A stretch of 44,711 bases of DNA from Octopus sinensis (Eukaryota), in NCBI RefSeq assembly GCF_006345805.1, contig NW_021834877.1:1-44711 (forward strand), written 5' to 3'. Positions within the stretch are counted from its first letter, which is position 1. Every line of letters begins with the position of its first letter. The notes below the pieces were generated by a model that ran no database searches, was not told the origin of the DNA, and worked only from the letters and a program-made list of their open reading frames with translations. The translations under genes and the position numbers were made by a program. Shown here one piece after another: positions 37,498 to 44,711 of this stretch.

Positions 37498-38072
37498 TAA
37501 AAGAAGCATTTGACCCAGACTGCCTTTTTCCAACTGTTAAAGATGGAGCAGGATTTGTGATGATCTGGGGTGGAGGGCTATATCTTGGAAATCCACTGGC
37601 CCAATGGTTTCCCTTCATGGCACAATTAATAGCCAAGACTATTTAAGCATCTTATCTGATCAAATTCATCCTATGGTTGCGGAACTATTTCCGGAGGAAA
37701 ACGCAATCCTTCAAGATGATAATGCACCAATTCACACAGCTAAATTTGTTACTAGAATGGCACGAGGAACATTCTAGTAAAGTTGAACATCTTATCTGGC
37801 CACCATTGTCCCCAGATCTCAATATTATTGAACATTTATGGTGCATTTTAGAAAAACGAGTAAGGATTCGATATCCTTCACCATCATCACTACAAGAACT
37901 GGAGAAGGTTTTAGCTGAAGAATGGACAAAAATTTCCTTTGGAAAGAATTCAAACTTTGTACGAGTCCATACCTCGCAGAATTCAAGCAGTAATTGCTGC
38001 CAAAGGCGGTCCTACCGCATATTAAAATAAATTTGATTGACATTTTAAGGTGTTTCCATTATTTTGTGCAAC

Positions 38073-38076
<4 letters not shown>
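37498..38076 (+). pseudogene. Tc1-like transposase catalytic-domain fragment with right TIR
   Basis: KEAFDPDCLFPTVKDGAGFVMIW...ILQDDNAPIHTAKFVT (frameshift) EWHEEHSSKVEHLIWPPLSPDLNIIEHLW...IPRRIQAVIAAKGGPT; TIR-like GTGTTTCCATTATTTTGTGCAACCCCT then (TA)n. Confidence 0.9.
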
Positions 38077-38103
<27 letters not shown>

Positions 38104-38604
38104 AGAAAAAAGCAACAAGAATGGATCAATATTTCGGTACAATTGTTTCGTACGAAGACATCTTTATTAAGGCTGCAAATATTGCAGTAAATATAAGTGA
38201 CCCGTACTCATCAGCCGAAAAAACATCTGAGTTCTCCAAACATCTAAGGGGGTGATATTACACTCCTGAAACATCAGGGATAGTTCTATGAAAATAAGAT
38301 TTAGGTAACAAATGGACTTCTAAAAGTTCTTTTAGTGTTGCACAGTCATATAACGTGTTTTAAAAAAGTATTTTAAAAAACCTCTTAGTTTTCCAGAAAA
38401 TGAAAATGAAATTGAAAATGTAAATCCATCCATATTGAAGATAGTTTGAATTCTGGAGATATGAGGATTATCTTATTTGCTAAAAAAAAGTCTGAACCCA
38501 TGGTCCAGGAGATAGCTGATAAATATTCTTATTTTTCATTCCCTTCGAGTTTTTTCCCTAATAGTGGTTTAGACTTTAGCTGTTCCTATGTGTTTAAATG
38601 TAGA

Positions 38605-38661
<57 letters not shown>

Positions 38662-38706
38662 ATGATAAATCTCAGAGCGAGGTATAAACAGTAGCGGTAA
38701 CACATC

Positions 38707-38847
38707 GTGACGCATATTTGCCATTTGAATATGGCTAACCCTATAGGTGTCTATAGCCAGCTGGAGGGAGTATCTTCCTGGGGCTACAAACTACAGTTGC
38801 ATCCACTCTTAGGGGTTAGCCATATTCAAATGGCAAATATGCGTCAC
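38707..38847. mobile_element. 141-bp MITE-like element with perfect 35-bp inverted repeats
   Basis: GTGACGCATATTTGCCATTTGAATATGGCTAACCC (38707-38741) and its exact reverse complement (38813-38847). Confidence 0.8.
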
Positions 38848-38871
38848 TATATATATATATACACACATATA

Positions 38872-39025
38872 CGACAGCTTGCTTTCAGATTCCGTCTACT
38901 AAATCCATTCACATGGCTTTGGTCGGCTTGAGGCTATAATAGAAGACACTTGCCCAAGGTGCCACGCAATGGGAGTGAACCTGGAACCATGTGGTTGGAA
39001 AATAAGTTTCTTACGACACACCATT
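38872..39025 (-). mobile_element. SINE family B, 5' half only
   Basis: TTTCAGATTCCGTCTACTAAATCCA...AGAAGACACTTGCCCAAGGTGCCACGC...GGAACCATGTGGTTGG. Confidence 0.85.
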
Positions 39026-39427
39026 CATAGGTTTTTGCATGTTTGATAAAATTTATCTGTGGAAAACTGATTAGTACCTTTGTATTTAATTCCTGATTAT
39101 GATTTTGTCACACACACACACACACACACACAAACATTCATACAGGCACACACATAAGCGCATACATATATATGTGTGCAGGCAGAGATAGTTTGTGGTG
39201 TGTGTGTATGTATGTGTGCGTATATGTATGTGTGTATGATGTTTTTATGTGTATGTCGGGTGTGTGGAACTGTGGAAAAATACAGTATTTGGCACAGATA
39301 TGTTAGATTAGCCTATAATCTCTCTAACGGTTGAATACAACGATTATCTCTCACTAAATTAAAGAATATTCCTCAATAGCGAAAGACCCCGATGGTTATA
39401 TGCTTTCATTATCTATTGGACACTGCC

Positions 39428-40700
39428 TTCTTCTTCTTCTTCTTCTTCTTTTCTTCTTCTTCTTTTTCTTCTTCTTCTTTTTTTCTTCTTCTTCTTCTTC
39501 CTCTACTTCTTCTTTTTCTTCTTCTTTTTCTTCTTCTTCTTTTTCTTCTTCTTCACCTTCTTCAATTTCATCTTCTTTTTCTTCCTCTTCTTCTTTTTCT
39601 TCCTCTTCTTCTTTTTCTTCTTCTTCTTTTTCTTCTTTTTCTTCCTCTTCTTCTTTTTCTTCTTCTTTTTCTTCTTCTTCTTCTTCTTCTTCTTTTTCTT
39701 CTTCTTCTTCTACCTATTTTTCTTCCTCTTCTTCTTCTTCTTCTTTTTCTTTTTCTTCTTCTTCTTCTTCTTTTTCTTTTTCTTCTTCTTCTTCTTCTTC
39801 TTCTTTTTCTTTTTCTTCTTCTTCTTTTTCTTCTTCTCTTCTTCTTCACCTTCTTCTTCTTCTTCTTCTTCTTCTTCTTCTTTTTCTTCTTTTTCTTCTT
39901 CTTTTTCTTCTCCTCCTCTACTTCTTCTTTTTCATCTTCTTCTTTTTCTTCTTTTTCTTCTTCTTTTTCTTCTCCTCCTCTACTTCTTTTTTCTTCTTCT
40001 TCTTCTTCTTCTTCTCTTCCTTTATTTCTTCTTTTTCTTCTTCTTCTTTTTCTCCCCCTCTACTTCTTCTTTTTCTTCTTTTTCTTCTTTTTCTCCTCCT
40101 CTACCTCTTCTTCTTCTTCTACTTCTTTTTCTTCTTTTTCTTCTTCTTCTTCTTCTTCTTCTTCTTCTTTTTCTTCTTCTTCTTGTTCTTTGTCTTCTTC
40201 TTTTTCTTCTTCTTCTTCTCCTCTTCCTCCTCCTCCATCATCATCATCATCATCATCATCTTCTTCTTCTTCTCCTTCCTCCTCCTCTTCATCATCATCA
40301 TCACCATCATCACCATCTTCTTCACCTTCTTCTTCTTCCTCTTCTTCTTCACCATCATACTCATCTTCATCTTCTATGTCTTCGACATCTTCTTACCCTC
40401 CACCACATGCACTTCTTCTCACACTCCTTCTCCACTTTCTCTTCTGCTACTTCTTTTTCTCCCTCTCCTTCCTCTTCTTCCACCTCTTTTTTTTTATACT
40501 CCTTCATCCTCATCTTCATCTTCGACTTTCTTCTCTTTTTTTCTTTATCCTCATCTTCTACCTCTCCCTCTTTTTCTTGTACTCCTTCATCCCCTTCTTC
40601 AGCTTCCTCGATTTTCTTCTCTTCTCTTTTTTCTTTATCCTCATCTTCTTTAACATCTTTGTCTTCACCTTCTCCTCCTTAGCTTCTTCATCTATCTTCC
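39428..40700. repeat. ~1.3-kb degenerate (CTT)n/(GAA)n polypyrimidine tract
   Basis: Visible; the 497-aa and 417-aa ORFs are poly-S/F/L artefacts of it. Confidence 0.95.
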
Positions 40701-40743
40701 TTTTCGCCATTCACATTTCCTCTGTCATCTCACTCACTCTCTT

Positions 40744-40775
<32 letters not shown>

Positions 40776-41445
40776 TCTCTCTCCTTTCCTCCCTATCTCT
40801 TTCCCGTTCCCTCCTTCGATCCTTCTCGTCACTGCTTATAATTAATCAAAGCGGCTTCTTTGTGAGAAAACTTAATTCAACTTAGATAATCACCAAATGA
40901 ATATCTAAGAGTCTCAAACAAATAAGGGGATTTAAGGAAGCCAGCGAAATATATTCACCAGCAACCACAACAACAACGACGACAATGGAGGCAAGAACAA
41001 CAACAACATCAAGAAACAAAGACTATATTAAAGAACATTTTGAACGCTTAAAAATGGCTTCTCAATTTGTTCCATTTGACACACACGCACACACACACGT
41101 ACTCTATTTATCTCTCTCTCACACATACAAACAGGCACATACACACACAAACACACACATATGCCATTGTAATTATATAATTATTCATATATTATATATA
41201 TAATTATATATATATATATAAACTTATATATATATATATATGCATACATATATATATATGTTATGTATCCTTATACACACACACACTCACACACACACAC
41301 ACATATATATATATGTATGTATGCATATGCATACAAACCCACAAGCATGTACATATATATGTATTTATATACATCTATACACATACATCCCCATAACGAT
41401 TATGTATATGCGTGCACGAGGGTATATATATATATATAATATATG

Positions 41446-41478
<33 letters not shown>

Positions 41479-43094
41479 AATTATCGCGGCGTTTTGTTTT
41501 TTTGCTTTTTTTTTATATTAGCGATTCAACTTGAGAGAAAATTGACTAACGATATTATTATACGTGAAGTTATTAGGTGTAAACAAGATAATAACGTTAA
41601 AATTTAAATAAAACAGAAATAAAATAGAAAATAGAAAATTATTGGAATGTTAAAAGAGACTGAAGGATCGTTACAGAATGCAATAACATTCGCCTGAAGG
41701 CTTTTTATATGATATTTTACATTGCCGATATTTACATGTTTTAGCGATAATTTGTATTGTTTTATAAAGAATTAGGTATTTCAAAGAATTTTTCTCATGG
41801 TGTTTGCTAATTTGTTGTTTAGTCATGAGATTTGGTTGCTAATTTTAATCGTATGTATACAGACGATTTCTTGGCGTCGTTTCGTTTGATATGAAAATTT
41901 GGTCAAAATGGAAACATAATAGAAAAGTTGTTGCTGACTATTTTGAAGATAATACGAATGTAGAAATTTCCTTCTTTCTCTTTTTGTTTCTTGATTTCTT
42001 TTTCTTTCTTTCTTTACTTTCTTATATTTTGTTCCTTCCTCCTTCTTTCCCACTCTCCATCTTTATATATAATTTTAACCTCATTCCAAACAATTTTCTT
42101 TTATTGTATCCATTTATTAGAATTTTTATGGTATTATATTTATACTTCACGAAATAATTGAAATGATATTTAATTAAATAATTCCTATATACATATGTGT
42201 CTTTGGTAAGATGAGAAAATATGTTTATGCAGCATTCATGTTCGTCTCGTGCTTCTGGGAAGGATAACGAACGAAAATATTTGTAACTAAACTATCAAAA
42301 TTATGTCCCTCAACATCATCTTTCGCAGTTTTTCAACGTATTACCAATATCTAAACAATTCCTCGTTCTTACTTAAAAATCAAATTTAAAATTATTCTAA
42401 AACATAATTCTAAATGAATGCCAGAATTTGCAGGTTCAGTCCGTTTCCTCCATCATAAATCGGAAATGCTTTAAACTGGAAATCGCTACTTTTGCGAAAT
42501 TAAGTTTTGTTGTGTTGGGAATCTCAACCATATTATACGAAGATTAAGATTTAGGTTTACGATTAAAGTTTATCAGTCCCTGTTCAACGCAAATTTGTAT
42601 GTCAGTTGTTTCTAGAGAAATCGTTCATATCGAAATATCGAGCAGATCACACTTTACGTACATCTACAAACTGCTACAAGATACTGAGATAACATTTTCA
42701 AATCCGAATGCTACTAGACACGAACTGGACGTTAGCTGCTTTGAAATATCTCAGATCCTTCGTTGAAGGAAGGACATAGCTTTAAGCTAATAAAAAGGAG
42801 TTAAGGGTAACATTGGGATTTTAATGCTTTTCTACAGAAACCTTATATTGTGAAAGAAAGAAATGAAAACGATAATGTGGTTGCAACTCTTCGAGGGATT
42901 TCTTTCATTCTATGATCAAATAAAGAGTTTACATAGAAGAAATATTTACATATTTCTTCTCAACCATGTTACATAATACAGGGTAATGTTTGGCAGTGAA
43001 ATTCAAAAACTAACAACACTGGTAGCTTCAGAATTTCGACTAAAGGATTTTGGAATATAAAGAAAAGACTGTCTAAATGTCATACGTGTTATCG

Positions 43095-43455
43095 TAACGT
43101 GGCACTCCGTCGGTTACGACGACGAGGTTCCAGTTGATCCGATCAACGGAGCAGCCTGCTCGTGAAATTAACGTAGAAGTGGCTGAGCACTCCACAGACA
43201 CGTGTTCCCTTAACGTATTTCTCCGGGGAGATTCAGCGTGACACAGAGTGTGACAAGGCTGGCCCTTTGAAACAGGAATAAAGAGGGAGAACAAGTTGTG
43301 GTGAAAGAGCACAGCAGGGTTCGTCACACTACCCTGCCGGAGCCTTGTGGAACTTTGGATGTTTTTGATCAATAATCACTCACAACGTCTGGGAGTCGAA
43401 ACCACGATCCTACCACCGCGACTCTGCTGCCCTAACCACTGGGACATTGTGCCTC
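43095..43455 (-). mobile_element. SINE family A head and body with an alternative 3' tail
   Basis: 43455-43270 matches family A (GAGGCACAATGTCCCAGTGGTTAGGGCAGC...). The 3' part (GGGCCAGCCTTGTCACACTCTGTGTCACGCTGAATCTCC...GACGGAGTGCCA) is unrelated to the tails at 83-382 and 33105-33410. Confidence 0.88.
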
Positions 43456-43816
43456 GATACGTGTTATATCTAGTGAAGATTACACTTTCTGAGTGCATCA
43501 CTTGTTCTAAGTTGGACTTCTGTCACCATTCCTTATGAAATATTTTTAGAAAATCATTGTTGTATTTCAGGATAGTCATTTGTTTTTACCAAATAAACAC
43601 ACGCACTCTATATTCCATCTTCACTCGTTTATTATTGTTCTTATTTTATCTCATGACAATTGTCTGGAAATTTTTTGTCCACACCTGTGGCCTCTTTAGA
43701 CCAAGAAGAGAGGGCCAACACATAGTATGACAGCTAAAAAAAAACAGAGTATCATTTTCATTGATACTACTCAAGGAATAATAAGCAGAGCAAGAGCACA
43801 CACAACGAAGGAAAAC

Positions 43817-43859
43817 GTCGCTGAAGAGGTCACAGGTGTGTGACGAAAGCTTTGCGGAC
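43817..43859 (+). ncRNA. Minimal type-I hammerhead ribozyme motif
   Basis: GTCG-CTGAAGA-G-GTCAC-AGGTGT-GTGAC-GAAA-GCT-T-TGCGGAC. Intact core, perfect 5-bp stem II, palindromic AGCT stem III, CUU site; stem I is weak. Confidence 0.65.
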
Positions 43860-44711
43860 AATATACATGAGAATAAGAATAGTAATAAACGAGTTCAGAA
43901 GGAATATATAGGGCCTGTGTTTATTTGGCAAAAATACAACAATATCAGTTTCAACACACCAGGAATTTTGCAACACAAATTCATAAACGTCTTAGAAAAT
44001 TATTTCAATTATAATAAAATTTGATATATTCTTCAGTCATGACCTTCAAATACCTCAGATTATCTTTTCTCGAGGAAGAATAGTTACGATTATCGATACA
44101 CATATCTTTCCAGAAGAGATATCTGCTGTTACAACGTTGACTGCTAATATTGCCAGCAGCTTGTTTTATCAATACCTTCTTATCAGGTTAATGTTTGGGT
44201 TATTAGGAATATATATTATCATCCATAATTAACAATTTGTCGCAAAGAATAATTATAATAATTGTTATTATTTTTACTTTCAATAGGAAACTTGCTACAC
44301 AACGATAGTTTGTTATTTCTGAAAGTTTCGGTCAAAACAATGTATGAGATGTATTTATATGGTCATTAACCCCATCTAAACCTAAATCGTAAACATGAAC
44401 CATCTCACAGACTTTATTTCTATGCAAAGAATTTAAAGTAATATATCATTGTGTATCCTATCCCACTAATGTAATATAATAATGTGAGACACTGAAAATA
44501 TCTAAGACTTACGAAATCGAACACTCCACAAATAGGCTATGCTTCCACTACTTAATTAGAACGCACCAGAAAATTACTTACCGGGCGATGGAATGGAACA
44601 AAACGTGTGATAGCAAAAGTAGATTGAGTTAAGTGGGAAAATGAGGTGATGCAAACAGCCTAAATATGAAATATCACTATAACAATATTAGGTTGTAAAG
44701 AAGTAAGAAGT

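Noticed and set aside
39392-40885. 497-aa and 417-aa ORFs
   Set aside because: Translations of a (CTT)n tract that lacks stops by composition; no domain content.

Overview
AT-rich, microsatellite-saturated eukaryotic intronic or intergenic DNA. The SINE and microsatellite repertoire looks like an octopus (coleoid cephalopod) genome; this is recognised by pattern, not by a search. No intact protein-coding gene is supportable, and nearly all ORFs in the supplied track are translations of (TA)n, (CA)n, (TACA)n, (TAT)n, (ACC)n or (CTT)n repeats. The window holds about 20 copies or fragments of four tRNA-derived SINE families, a decayed CR1/L2-type LINE RT with a YADD motif, four Tc1/mariner relics, two hairpin MITE-like elements, a tRNA-iMet pseudogene and a decayed Penelope-like element (PLE) thumb plus GIY-YIG region. 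The most interesting signal is a set of minimal type-I hammerhead ribozyme (HHR) motifs. Four have intact CUGANGA/GAAA cores and short palindromic stem III (22232-22279 minus; 25535-25597, 37183-37240 and 43817-43859 plus). About seven more keep the hammerhead architecture with altered cores and mostly sit in short microsatellite-embedded mini-elements. A ~290-bp inverted duplication next to a decayed HHR resembles a PLE inverted pseudo-LTR. All folds were worked out by eye and need computational and biochemical confirmation.
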